Of a stretch of 64,000 nt of DNA, positions 14,183 to 27,715 are shown piece after piece. A program made the position numbers and the translations under genes. Each line of letters opens with the position of its first letter. Within the stretch, counting starts at the first letter, position 1. Source of the DNA: Octopus sinensis (taxonomy: Eukaryota); assembly GCF_006345805.1 (NCBI RefSeq), contig NC_042998.1:100502001-100566000 (forward strand), in the 5' to 3' direction. A model generated the notes under the pieces. The model did no database searches. It saw only the letters and a program-made list of their open reading frames with translations, and had not been told where the DNA came from.

Positions 14183-14714
14183 TTTAAGTATAACTTATCT
14201 CTTCGTAGACTCATATTACAGTTTTAGTGACTAGTATTCATAGTTCATCTCCAGAGACTGCAAACAAACAACACCAAAAACCCAGATTTCCCTACCATAC
14301 GGTGCATTACCTGTAATGCATCATACTTCACTTTTTAAATAAATAAAGACTTTCCAAGTTAAACTAATCTAGTATTCTTTAAACATGCAATTACTGTACA
14401 ACTTTGTACAGGTTACTTGTGAATATTCATAGATTAAATGTGCTACTTCTAGTTAATCATTGTTATAACCCATATTCTTTGAATATGATCTGAACATGAT
14501 GCCTATTGCTAGAACAATGAATACTGAAGGTTGGTTGCATAATTGATGTTAGAAATTCATATCTCATAATACATGTATTGATAAAAAGCAGTAGTTTAAT
14601 AAAAGCATTTCATATTTCTTTATAAAGAAGAGATGAAATTAGTCTACAGATAAATATCACATGGTTTTGAATTCTATTAAATAATATTAGAAACAGATAC
14701 CTATAGATTATTAA

Positions 14715-14945
14715 ATATCACTATCAATTGGTGCTACGTGAAAAGCACTGGTGATAGTGTCACATAAAAAGCAATGAAAGTGCTACGTAAAAAGCACTCC
14801 TTACACTGTGAAGTGGTTGGTATTAGGAAGGGCACCCAAAACCAAACCAAAACAGACTATGGAACCTGGTGCAGGGCTGGCCTTGCCAAGCTATCCAACC
14901 CATGTCAGTATGGAAAATGTTAAATGATGATGGTGATGATGATGA
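14715..14945 (+). mobile_element. 3' part of (GAT)n-tailed modular SINE-like element
   Basis: AAAAGCAC modules, GTGGTTGGTATTAGGAAGGGCA, CCAACCCATG, (GAT)n tail. Confidence 0.7.
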
Positions 14946-16704
14946 GTAGAATAATAAGGGTGAATATACGATGGAAAGAGAAGTACAATAGTGAGCTTCA
15001 TTCTTCTAAGCTCTGAATTCAAATCCTACTGAAGTTGAATTTATTTTTGATTCTATAAAATGTGTTAAACTAAGTACCAGTAATATCTATCCCTTATACT
15101 AATTGCTTAATTTTATAATTCATATTTGCTTCATCTCATGCAATAAAAAGGGTGCCACAATCTTAAGCATATCCTTTCATATCCCTTACAAAACCTGTCA
15201 AGTGGTTCTTAAGAGTTTAGGACATCTAATCTTATCAGGTAAGAGATATTTATTTTTAAAAGAACTGCAACGAGAGGCAAAGTGCTTTGATGGAGTGAAC
15301 CTGTCCAAACCTATACCAGTTTGGAAAAAAGATGTTAAACTAACTTGAAAAATGAAAGATACACTGAATGCAAGATTGAACTTTCCAACTGAAGCCATAG
15401 TTATTTATTTAATCAATTTTTAGTTAGTCTTATCAAAAAAAGTAATGCTTTTAGTGCCTTTTTAGAGACTAAGAATAAGACAAATAGGTGAGATTAAAGC
15501 TAATACTGCAGGTTAGATGAAAAGAAAACATGGGCAAAGATATAGCTCTCGAAATATGCAATTCTAAGAAAGTTGGTTACATCAGATTTTCTCATACAAG
15601 TGATATACCAAAATATTACTTGGGAGATCTGGGGGAGGGAGCATTAGAAAAGATGGTTAACCATTTTAATAGCAATTTACCTTGGATAGGCTATACTATA
15701 AAGTATTCAAATTAAGAAATCTCAGTCATAATCATTATAATATGAGATTTCAATCAGTTAACACCAATATATCAATATAAATGAATAAGTCAATAGTCAA
15801 CATCAATATCCGAGTATAAGTCAATATATCAATATAAGTCTAAAGCAGTCACTCAACCTACTAGAAATAACAAATAAATATCCTTCAAGTAACACTTGAT
15901 AATTTTGGAAAAAATCTATGCTAGCATGGAAGGCGGACATTAAATGATGATAATGATGATGAGACACATTAGATAAAGTAATGCTGAACACACAAAAAAG
16001 ACATGATTGTCATAGCCAGAATGTTCGAACAAGGCTGACAGAGCGATAGTTAACAGCAACAACCAGTAAATCACATAGATATAACCAGCAAAAAATCCTC
16101 ACTTAACCTGCTAGAAATATCAACCAAATATTTCTCCTCTTAAAAGAAGGACACGTCGCATAATGTAGATCTTGATGCACTACATCTGAAAATAATATGG
16201 TATTATCGTGGTTGAAATGCTTTAGCTCATAGCTTTGATGTGGAATGAAACAAGCTGTAATATGCTGGAGTTGATGCAATCCCAAGTTGGTAGTTGAAAC
16301 TTCATGTTGTTAAACACAAACAGAAAGAGAGGGAGATAAGAAGACAGAAAGAAAGAAAGTCATAAGACGTAAGAAACTGAAAAAGAAGAGAAACAAACAC
16401 AAAAAGAGAGGAAGTAACATATTTAATTCCTTATTTATATCTTTGCTGTTTTAATTAATTTAATTATTTAATTACATTTGTAGAATTCACTAAAAATAAG
16501 TATCAAATTACAACTTTGGCATCCATCAGCACTGAAATTATTTCATAGCTCCTCAACAGTTCCATATGCCGCCAGGGACATTGAAATATTTCTGCACTGC
16601 TTTTATTTATTTATTAATAAATTAGAAATGTCTCCAAAGACCTAACGAAGGCAACAGTGACATGGGCTTAACCTTAGAGATAAATCATTCCTTTAGATTT
16701 GGTG

Positions 16705-17060
16705 CCTACATAGTTCCAGGTTCAGTTCCACTACATGGCACCTTGAACAAGTGTCTTCTACTATAGTCCTCAGCTGACCAAAGTCTTGTGAGTGGATCTT
16801 GTAAACAGAAACTGGAAGAAGCCCATTGTATATACACGTGTGTGTGTGTGTACACATGCATCTTTATGTTTGTTGCCACCAACACTTGACAACTGGTGTT
16901 GGTTTGTTTACATCACCAAAACATAATGCTTCAGAATAAGATACTGATAGCATAAGTAACAAATTAAAAAAAAAAAAACCCTGGAGTCAATTTGTTCAAC
17001 TAAGTCTTCAGGGCAGTGTCCCAGCATAGCCACAGTCCAAAGACTGAAACAAATTAAAGG
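16705..17060 (+). mobile_element. tRNA/CORE-type SINE
   Basis: Homologous to 402-790. Confidence 0.8.
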
Positions 17061-17970
17061 AAAATATATCTGGCAACCAGGCAAACTGAAGTAGCCACAG
17101 AATGAAATGTACTGCCAAGAAACAAAACAAAAAATGCTTACAGTAGATTTGGAGGAGTTCAACACCTTTTAAGTCTACAAGGTTTGACTGATTGAATTTT
17201 CTATATTTTGAGAGAGATTAAAAAAAAGTAGAGAAAAAGTGGAGATTAACATCTACAGGAGGAAGGATTGGCAGGTTTATAATGTAAGTGAAACCAAGTA
17301 CCTCGAGTGGTATTTAATATGCCACCAAGTTAAAAACCAACATTTGGAGAAGTTAGTTAGAAATAGCTTGACCAGTTAGAAATAGCAGCCAATTCACACC
17401 TCCACTGTCTTCACTACATCAAAAATAAAAAAGACAGGATGGATACAATTGGAATACCTTTGATCATAGGTTTGCTCAATCAAGGGCTGACCTGACCCCA
17501 AACAACTACTACCACTAATTAGTCCTAGGGTACTTGTGGTTGTGTTCCCTCTTCTGCAAAACATTGAAACTTGGCTCACATAACCATGTTCTCTTCTGCC
17601 CATGTCCTTCCTGCAGACACTGTCCTACAGATATTCAGGCTGGATATCAACCATGCAAATGCGGAAAGAACCTGCAAAGGTCATAAACACTAGCTCATCT
17701 CTCTTGACAAATCTATAAAAAGAAAGTGTGACTAAGTACTAATGCTAATAATAGTATTGATTTTTAACTTTGACAGAAGGTGACACATTTTGGAGAGGAG
17801 CATAGACAACTGAATTGACCTAAATACTTCAAAGGTACTTATTTTTTCCATAGTGCAATGATGAAAGACATCAACCTTAGCAAAATTCATTGGAGGCTTA
17901 CAGCTCATGAATACACCCAGTGTAATATTTTGAGATAGAAATAGATGATTTGGTTTAATCAAGCTAATAC

Positions 17971-18016
<46 letters not shown>

Positions 18017-18370
18017 GTAAATTAATTTAGATAAGGCTGGTTTATGGTATTACCCTGGGTTTTACGTCCATAAAGTGCTTAACCCTTTCGTTACTGTATT
18101 TATTTTGAGATGCTCTGTGTTTCTTTCAATTACTTTAAATATAACAAAGAATTTAGTAAAGTAACTTAGTTATCATTAAGCTAGTGTTAGGAACATAAAT
18201 TGTGACTAAGGTTTGAAGGAAGATTTTAATTCAAAACTCATGAATACAAGACATTTGTACTCAGAGCCAGAGCTGGTTTCAGCTGGGTTGATAACGAAAG
18301 GGTTAAAGCCTCTCTAGCGAGGCAACCCAGAGTATTCCCATAAACAGGCCTTATCTAACTTTATTTATAT
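18017..18370. repeat. Inverted repeat (~45-bp arms) enclosing a piggyBac MITE
   Basis: TTAGATAAGGCTGGTTTATGGTATTACCCTGGGTT vs AACCCAGAGTATTCCCATAAACAGGCCTTATCTAA. Confidence 0.75.
18083..18302. mobile_element. piggyBac-type MITE family A, 220 bp
   Basis: TTAA|CCCTTTCGTTA ... TAACGAAAGGG|TTAA. Confidence 0.9.
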
Positions 18371-18779
18371 TATATACTGCTCTATAACTTGGGGTGTGCT
18401 TCTTTTTTGGATTTATATCTTACTGATGATATAAAGGTAAATTTCCAAATTAGGTTAGCAAGAATATATAATCCTTGTGGGTACTGCATTCACTTTTACC
18501 AATTAATAATGTAGGTTAGATGCTGTGAGCATAGTAAAACTCCAGTTAGTTTATTTTACTATCCTCAGTAGATTTTCACATCAGTAAATCCATATGTCTT
18601 TATAGAGACTAAATGTTGTCAGTAGAGAAGAATGCATTTAATAGCACCCTGAAGAAGTGGCAATTAACACCAAAATGCACAGCAAGATGCAAAATTTTGC
18701 AGTGTACACTGAGTTGCAGCAGAAACATAATATATGTAGGTGCAGAAATGGAAAGACGTGACTGACAAAAGAATAAAAC

Positions 18780-18831
<52 letters not shown>

Positions 18832-18833
<2 letters not shown>

Positions 18834-19408
18834 GGGTGCGATGGATAAATTGTCACCATTTTATATTTTTAATTTCACGCATGTGCATTGTTTGTTTTTG
18901 ATTTTGTCAACTACACAGTATAGTAGAGTCAGTTGGGCACTGTTTGTGAGGAAAACAGCACTTCACTCTGCCAGAAATTTGGAAACGACATGCTGTACTG
19001 CTTGGCATTAATGCGAGAAGCTCCTAAATGAACATTTCAGAGTGTTTGGGTGTTAATCTGAGGACAGTGCAGAGGATTCAGAAAGAGTTGGATGAGTCTA
19101 GTGGTGATTATGAAATTATGGCAGCTTGGAAAACTCACTCTGATCATTCTGATAAGAAAAGAACTCCTGAATTTGTTGGTGAAATCCAGGCCATGATTGA
19201 CAACAATTCCTTCAAGTCAATCAGATCCATCACCAGGGACATGGGAGTATCTGAGTTTCTTATCAGGCAGGGAGTGCATGAAGACATTCAGTATTCCTCA
19301 TACAAGTTGAGAAAGGGCCAATTTTTATCCCAGGCCATCAAGAACAAGAGGAAAGACCACACTACAAAGATTATGGACAAACTCAAGCATCCCTCCAACC
19401 AAACATGA
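18832..19408 (+). mobile_element. 5' fragment of a Tc1/mariner-superfamily transposon (DD37D/maT-like) with N-terminal HTH ORF 19028-19408
   Basis: CAGGGTG terminus next to a TA tract; ORF ISECLGVNLRTVQRI...KSIRSITRDMGVSEFLIRQGVHEDIQYSSYK resembles paired HTH DNA-binding domains; catalytic domain absent. Confidence 0.75.
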
Positions 19409-19459
19409 GAGAGATAGAGAGGGAAGGGGAGAGAGATTATCATATATAGAATCAAGCTA

Positions 19460-20800
19460 CTATATATACTATTTTAACTGAACCCCAGAGAGTTGGAAAG
19501 TAAAGGCAGCCCTGGTAGGATTTGAACTCAGAATGTTGTAATACGATTACAGGAGATACCAAAGTACTCTACTGTTTTTGCCACCTACCTTCCTTACAAC
19601 AACAACAACAAATAATAATAATCCTTTCTATTATAGGCACAAAGCCTGAAGTTTCGGGGGAGGGGACTAGTCAATTACATCAGCCCCAGAATTTCACTGG
19701 TACTTAATTTATCAACCCTGTAAGGATGAAAGCAAAGTCGACCTCGGAGAAATTTGAACTCAGAACATAGTGAATACCATTAAGCATTTCACCCATCATG
19801 CTAACAATTCTGCCAGCTTGCAGATAATAATAATCCTTTGTACTATAGGTACACGGCCTGAAACTTGGGGGAAGGGATTAAGTGTGTAATCCCAGTGTGT
19901 AACTGATACTTATTTAATCAATCATGAATGAATGAAAGGTAAAATTGACCTCAGCAGAATTGAAATGCAGAATGTAGCAGCAGATGAAATACTGCTAAGC
20001 ATTTCACCTGGCATGCTAACGATTCTGCCAGTTTGCTACCTTCATAATGATAATAATAATGGTTTCAAATTTTGCCACAAGGGCAGCAATTTTGGAGGAG
20101 GGGATGAGTCAATTACATCAAACCCGGTGTTTCACTCACACTTATTTTATCCAGGGCAGTGGAGTCGAAACAAAAAACTTCGACTCTGACTCTCCTACTA
20201 TTGGTTCCTCCGACTCTGACTCCTCTTTATGTAATTAAGTGATTGTGGTCTACATATCTCATAAAGCATATGCATAAGCTTGTACTTTGAGTAGGTCTAT
20301 TTGTTATAACTGGTTTATATTTTTATATTAAAGAATAAAGATATTGTGAATCAGAGTCAGAGTCAATATAGTTTTACCGACTCCAGCTACTCCTTAATAG
20401 TTTCTGACTCCGACTTCACAACCCTGATTTTATCGACCCCGAAAGGATGAAAGGCAAAGTTAACCTCAGCAGAATTTGAACTCAGAACGTGAAGATGGAT
20501 AAATACCGCTAAGCATTTAGCCCAGGCATGCTAACGTTTCTGCCAGCTCACCATCTTAATAATAATAATAACAACAAAGGTTTCAAATTTTTGCCACATG
20601 GGCAGCCATTTTGGGGGAGAGGATGAGTCAATTACATCAACCCCAGTGTTCAATTGGTACTTAATTTATCGACCCCAAAAGGATGAAAAGTAAAGTGTAC
20701 CTCAGTGGAATTTGAACTCAGAACATAGCAGCAGATGAAATACTGCTAAGCATTTCACCAGGCGTGCTAATGATTCTATCAGCTTACTGCCTTAATAATA
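19460..20800 (-). mobile_element. Head-to-tail cluster of ~5 tRNA-head Meta-domain SINEs
   Basis: Repeated units TCGACCCC-GGATGAAAGGCAAAGT-GAATTTGAACTCAGAAC-CTAAGCATTT-TTCTGCCAGC separated by (AAT)n tails; minus strand CTTTCATCCTTTCGGGGTCGATAAAAT resembles the MetaSINE central domain. Confidence 0.8.
20152..20426. mobile_element. hAT-superfamily MITE (275 bp) inserted in a SINE
   Basis: TIR CAGGGCAGTGGAGTCG / CGACTTCACAACCCTG, subterminal GACTC(C/T) repeats, 8-bp TSD ATTTTATC (20144-20151, 20427-20434). Confidence 0.9.
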
Positions 20801-21724
20801 ATAATATATCTAATAAAATAAATATATATTAGTCATGTAAAAGTTTTGGTTTTATACTTCATTATAGCAAAAAAAAAATTAAATTACATGAAGTTTTAAT
20901 TTTTTTAACTTAATGTCTAGTGACAACAAATGTGTAAAAGAGCCCTTTTTTAATTTTGTTTTTATAACTTATAAACAAAGAACATTACCATAAACAGACA
21001 TCATGTATGGAAAATAACTGTTACATACAACTAGTTTTACAAGTAAATCTGTTAAGTTATTTTTAATTTGTTACAATTCCTTCTAAATAAATTAGTCATA
21101 ATTTAGGTTTTACTGTTACTGAGAGAAAGAAAAAAAAATAATTGAAGAAATACAAGAAACCTAAATTCTTACTTCCTACACTCATGTTCCAGTATGAAGG
21201 CAGCACTCAAGTATGGCCTTAGGTTTGACAGCAAAAATAAAATTAAGAACAATGAAATGACTAATCTGGTATAATGGGGTTAAAAATAATAATTTAAAGG
21301 TGCAGCAACTTCAGAGACAAAGTGTCTGGATGATCTAAAAAAAGTACAACATACAACATTACAGTGTATCTGTAGGTGAGAGACACTGTTCTAGTTGTCC
21401 CAGGTTAAGATTTAACACCACAGTTATCACTTCAAAAGATGTAAATATAAACACTATGAAGAGCATTTAGTGATGTAAAAATATTTGAACAAAACACAAA
21501 TACCTGAATTTTCAGAACTGTCTGATCTGATAGTATAAGGGAAGATTTTATATTTTAGAAATTATTTCTTACCTAAAAGCATTAACTCAATTTGATTAAA
21601 AAAACACTATACTACATCATCCTGAACACCTACAAGCATTTTACTTAAATGAAACTTTGACGAAGAGATAACTTGGCTTTACTGAATTCCAAAATCTCCT
21701 CAAAAACGAATGTTGACAAAGGAA

Positions 21725-21965
21725 CATCATCATCATCGTCATTGTTTTAACACTCACTTTTCCATTGCTTACAAGAGTTCAACAGAAACTTTTGAGGTGG
21801 ATTTTCTAGTCGGATGTCCTTCCTGTTACAAACCCTCGCCTGTTACCAAGGTAATATTTTCCCATGATCAGACATGTTTTTCACAGAAATGTGGGAACAA
21901 ACAACACTGCAATTATGGAGACATTCATCTTCAACTATCACATGACATCAAGGCAAGGAGATAAT
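21725..21965 (-). mobile_element. (CAT)n-tailed SINE-like family, second type
   Basis: Homologous to 44480-44630, 61010-61250 and 62890-63100 (GGTAATATTTTCCCATGATCAGACATGTTTTTCACAG). Confidence 0.65.
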
Positions 21966-24324
21966 AGCACATATATTCTACATACATTTATAAATACATA
22001 CATATCATTTAATATACACAGTATAAAGATAAGTGCTACTAATAGTTCCTTGCTGTGAAGACAGGTGGCTGGGCAGGTATTTGTAACATGCCTAGCCATG
22101 TGTCTTCACAGCAATAAACTATTAGTAGTGCTTATTTTTATACATTAAATATTTATCTCTCACTGAATGGAGTACTTTTTTGCTGATCTTATCTTAACAA
22201 TAAACTACATATATACATTATATATATATGTATGTACTTTTTTGTTGATCTTATCTTAATAAACTATATATATACACACACATACACATATACATATGTA
22301 TACACACACACACATATATACATGTATATTGGATAATATCTACAGGAACTGTATTGAGAAGTATGTGTGGCCCATCTGGAAGTTTTCTTAAATGACATTT
22401 GGCACTAACAGCAACATATATGAAATACTTTGACACAAAACTTGAGTACTTTTGGCAATAAAGTTCAAAGAGATTGTTACAATAATGACAATTTCTTGAC
22501 AAAGTACAAAGATAAGAGTAGAGGAAATACAGCTGATGGAATTTGATTATGCCTCTATATCTGCTATTATAACATCATAAGGAACTAATTGCATATTTTA
22601 TGATCTGTGTATTCATGATCATAGGTATCCCAGCCATAATCATTTTATCTTTTTCAGGCATCATGTGTCAAGGACTACATTATTCAAGGTATCCTCATTT
22701 TAAAGATAATAGGGTTTGTTACAAGAAAGATTTACTGTTACTTCTAGCAAGTCAAGCAATTATGGAGAGATTCCCTCATTGTTTCTGACTACTAATTGTT
22801 CAATTTTTGCATCAGTTTTGCATCATTTACAATTCTTTCATATATCTAGAAATTAGAGACCTGTAAATTCTCTCATTTTTGTAATTAAAAGATACCCTCT
22901 TATATACACAATGTTGCTGTTATTCAACCTGCATGTTATTAATTTCATACTACTTCTAGTTCTCTCTTTCATAGCTTCCAATACACATTTTTGCTTATAA
23001 ACTCAGCAACTAACTACTTGCATATCACTTCCATTCAGACACACCTGTCACATTCCTCTGAACTAACTAGTTGCACACCACCTCCACCAGGTCACCTGTC
23101 TTTCCTCTCATCACACTGGAGTCTCACCTCCAAGCCCCCATACTAATCACCTTATCGAGTCTTTCTTCTGCAGAAATTCAATCTCTTAGATTGTTCACAT
23201 TGGCTTATAAATGTTCAAGAATAAACAATTGTATTGATTTCATCAGTCTCAAAGGACCTATCTAGGACTTGAGTACTACCCTTGCTCCTTTGATGTCACT
23301 ACAGAAGAAAAAAAATTAAAGACTCAGTAAAAATATTTTTTTAATAAGAGACAAAATGTTGAAAATAGAAATCTATATAAATATATTTGTTAATTACAAA
23401 AGATTTTCATGAAGATATCTATTACATACATATATAAAAGCAAAATAGATATGTGGATAAGGTATTGAACTACTAAATCTTGGGTCACAAGTTCAAATAT
23501 AAGCATATATTTTGTCTTTGATCATAATATTCACTTTTTGTTTTTCATGTCTTAGTTTACCTAACTCAATGAACCCAGTCTACCTAGCAGCAAGTACTTA
23601 AATCCTGATGTGTAGAATTGCTTTTTGTTTCATTATAAGTATACTAAAAGAATGAAAACACCCTCTCATTTAAAAGTATACTAAAAGAAGGAAAACACCC
23701 TTATCAGTTTAGCTAGAGAAGAGAAAAACTAAAACAAACATCAAATTTGTCATTCCTCAACATCTCAGGACATCACAAAAAGGATAAAAGCTTATAGAAT
23801 TTCTCATAAGTTTATAAAGTACTTGAAATAAGTGGATGTTTATCAGGATTACAAGGCACATTCTAACAAGTCTGTGAAGAGTTTATGATTCGAGGGTCAA
23901 CAAAATATCTTTCCTATTTCTGTGTAAAACAGTCACCATCTTTAGCAAGGTCAAGTTGCAAACCAGTAACAAGAGCCATGAATCAGCAATAAAGAAAGTT
24001 TCCAGATAACAAATTAGTCTCAAAATACTGAGACAGATGAACTTAAGCTAAGAGAAAGTAGAGAAAGAAGATTAGTTACATTTGGACAGTATTATTACAA
24101 GGAAGTGCTAAGTATTTCACTGGTGTATCTAAAAATGATACTAAGTGATACAGAAGTACTACAAATGGTGACTTGTAAGAATTTGTAAATATATCCCTCT
24201 CATAACATAAAATGTTGTTTTTCATTGTATGTGTAAAAAAAAATTACAAATTAGAATACGTAAACAACCCTTATACAGCCCAACCATGAGATTTCCCTTC
24301 TGGCTGGTAGAATTATTAGCACAC

Positions 24325-24455
24325 CAAGGTCAACTTTGCAATTCATCCTTTCAGGGTGGATAAAATAAGTACAAATTGAGCACTGCTGTTGATGTAATCG
24401 ACTTAGCCCCTCCTCTGAGATTGCTGGCCTAGTGCCAAAATTTGAAACTAATATT
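24325..24455 (+). mobile_element. Meta-domain SINE 3' part
   Basis: TTCATCCTTTCAGGGTGGATAAAATAAGTAC...CCAAAATTTGAAAC; similar copies at 25335-25605, 32300-32460, 46595-46730 and 52070-52262. Confidence 0.7.
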
Positions 24456-25848
24456 CTAAAATTGAATTTTTTATTAAACCTTTTGATATCAGCCTGTCTG
24501 TGACTGCACCTGTTCCAATACAAAATGCATTCACTTAAAATAGTTAAAACGAAATCTTCAGCCTTAATTTTATCAGAGAACCTTCTTTTAAGTTTTAAGT
24601 TCCCAACACGTGTTTGATAACGAAAAAGTTATTTTATCAAATCCCAGTGAAATGATTATTTTTAAGATTAACTGAAATACAGGAAATATATTTCAATAGA
24701 AATATGACCACAAAGAAGTCAAAGTTGAACCACCTTTAAAAGGGGTATTTTAAAGAAGAGACTTTCTAACAACTTTAATAATAGCAAAAAACCAAGTAAA
24801 TAAGTAGATTTTGGAAGCACATTTAAGCATGCAAAATGCAGCCAATGAACTTACTATATCATAAAATCCAAAATTAATAAAATACTAAATTTTAGAATTA
24901 TGTAAAAGCCTTCAGATTATAAGGAAATAGACTTGCAGTTGTGCTGATCACACTCTCTCTTTCTATTGGGTACAACTTAATAAAGACACTCCAATTCCAA
25001 AAAAGAATTAAAACTGAATGACAATATATTTACAAACTGCTTACCACCACACCATTTGTCTTCAAGATTAAGAAAGAAAAAAGAAAAAATCCTCATTTTT
25101 CTATTTAACAAGACCAATTGTTGAAGAGGAAGGGAGGAATAAATTGTTTCAAGCACAGTGTATTAATTAACCCTCATACTGCTCAACCATGGGATTTCCC
25201 TACTGCCTATATACTCTAACTACAAAAACTAAAACTGGACTAAAACGATGCAATTCTAGGATGAACTATTAAAATAGGTTTTACTATACTATTATGAACA
25301 AAATGTCTCCCAGTAATATAGTTGTATACCCTTACATTCTGAGTTCAAATCCCAGAAATTGATTTTGCCTTTCATCTTGCGAAAGTCAATAAAATATATG
25401 CCAGTTGAGTCATGGTGCCATTCTAATTGACTCTACCTATCCTCTAAATTTGAGCCAATTTTAATATTCTTTAACTATCCAAGTTCAACTTTATCTTTCA
25501 TCCTTTCGAGGCCAATAAAAAAAGTACCAGTTGAGCACTGAGGTTGATGTAATCTACTTCCTTTCCCCAAAACTGCTGGCCTTGTGCCAAAATTTGAAAC
25601 CAATATTTTTTAATTATTTAATCATGTTTCTTGCAATGGACTGGATGGCTTGACTGGAGCTGACAAGGCTAGGGGCTGAACCAGATTCCATAGTCTGTTT
25701 TGGCTCGTTTTCTACAGCTGAATGCCCTTCCTAATGTCAACCACTTTACAGAGTGTACTGGGTGCTTTTACAAAGCACCATCACCAGTGCTTTTTACATG
25801 GCACCAGCACTAGTACTTTTTCTATGGCACCAGTGCCAGTGCTTTTTA

Positions 25849-25890
<42 letters not shown>

Positions 25891-26084
25891 ATATATAGAT
25901 ATATATATATATATGGTCTTAGACAAGCTAACAAAGGAGTTTCTACATGTCAATATGCTAGCTATAGCAACTTACCTATCTATGTTTTAGGTAACTTTAA
26001 GCAAAAAAGAAATAAGCTGAATTTATCTGTAGGCAGTCAGGAAAATACAAAACCAGAAATACTAAAAATGGGGATATTCTTTTA

Positions 26085-26443
26085 CTTGTTTCGGTCATTT
26101 GATTGTGGCCATGCTGGAGCACCGCCTTTAGTTGAACAAATCGACCCCAGGACTTATTCTATCAGTCTCTTTTGCAGAACCGCTAAGTTACGGGGACGTA
26201 AACACACCAGCATCGGTTGTCAAGTGATGTTGGGGGACAAACACAGACAAACAAATGTGTATATATAAATATACATATATACGACGGGCTTCTTTCAGTT
26301 TCCGTCTACCAAATCCACTCAAGGCTATGGTTGGCCCGAGGCTATAGTAAAAGACACTTGCCCAAGGTGCCACGCAGTGGGACTGAACCAGCAACCATGT
26401 GGTTTGTTAGCAAGCTACTTAGCACACAGCCACTCCTACGCCT
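26085..26443 (-). mobile_element. tRNA/CORE-type SINE
   Basis: Reverse complement of the 402-790 family, CpG-rich (young). Confidence 0.88.
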
Positions 26444-27299
26444 ATGAGATAAATAAAGACAGACGACAGAAAAATACAATGTTGAAACTATCCAAACATG
26501 ACACCCCCACCCACTCAGTGAATTTAGACTGAAAACTGGTTTTCTAGTTTAGTGGCTACAATTTAAAGTGGTACTCATTGAAACGACAAATTGAAGTATT
26601 TATACTACAGAAAAATAAATTAATAACAGTATATATACATACATAAAGAAAAGAATAACCTACTGTTACAAAGTTCAGGGAAATAGTAACATGAAATAAG
26701 GGGTGTCATTCTGCTAAATCAATAAAGCTGTAAACTACTAAATTAGAAAAGTCAGATTCAGTGTTAGCAACCAATTGAGAGTAATTTTGTGACTTGTAAA
26801 GTGTCTATGAAAAGAGGTACTGAAGTTATTGAAAAAAGAAATAGAAAAAGAAATAAAGTAAAGTATGTCAAGTTGTGTGTTGAAAGGTTACTATTCACCG
26901 TAGGATCAAAAGGTAAGGAAGAGCAAAACAGAACTTGTAGCAACAAAGCACTCATGTCTAGTGTACTGTAAATGAATGACATCTTACTCGATTTTTCCAT
27001 TGATAATGGTGAAACACTTCACATCTTAAAATAGTTTAATACTTTTTTTTCTTTTATTTAATGATTTTTTTCTTTAAAAAGAAATAATCTCCTGAAAATG
27101 TTAATTTGTTGTAGAACAGTAATATAAATATCAATAATTACTTGAAAAGGTGAATAATTATCATTGAGCAAAAAACAAGTCTGAAATCCTAATTTAGTTT
27201 TTGGTTTAAATCAGTACCCATAAAGATATCCTCCAAAGAGCATAGATATGACATGATCAGTCTCTTCTTGAGTAAAATACATTCTGTCTCCATCTTTTA

Positions 27300-27506
27300 T
27301 TCTTTTTTTTGTTTCAGTCATTTGACTGCGGTCATGCTGGAGCACCGCCTTTAGTCAAACACATCGACCCCAGGACTTATTCTTTGTAAGCCTAGTACTT
27401 ATTCTATCGGTCACTTGAGCTGAACCGCTAAGTTACAGGGACATAAACACACCAGCATCGGTTGTCAAGCGATGGTGGGGGGGGGGACAAACAGACACAC
27501 ACACAC

Positions 27507-27554
<48 letters not shown>

Positions 27555-27715
27555 GGCGGGTTTCTTTCAGTTTCCATCTACCAAATCCACTCACAAGGCT
27601 TTGGTCGTCCCAAGGCTATAGTAGAACACACTCGCCCAAGGTGCCATGCAGTGGGATTGAACCTAGAACCATGTGGTTGGTAAGCAAGCTACTTACCTCG
27701 CAGCTACTCCTGTAT
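27300..27715 (-). mobile_element. tRNA/CORE-type SINE
   Basis: Reverse complement of the 402-790 family with internal (TA)n. Confidence 0.88.

Noticed and set aside
17581-17711. Minus-strand coding exon (strong acceptor CTTTCTTTTTATAG, donor GTGAGC)
   Set aside because: Stops in all three frames; at best a UTR exon, unsupported
23850-24100. Possible LINE endonuclease remnant
   Set aside because: Too decayed to identify a diagnostic motif with confidence
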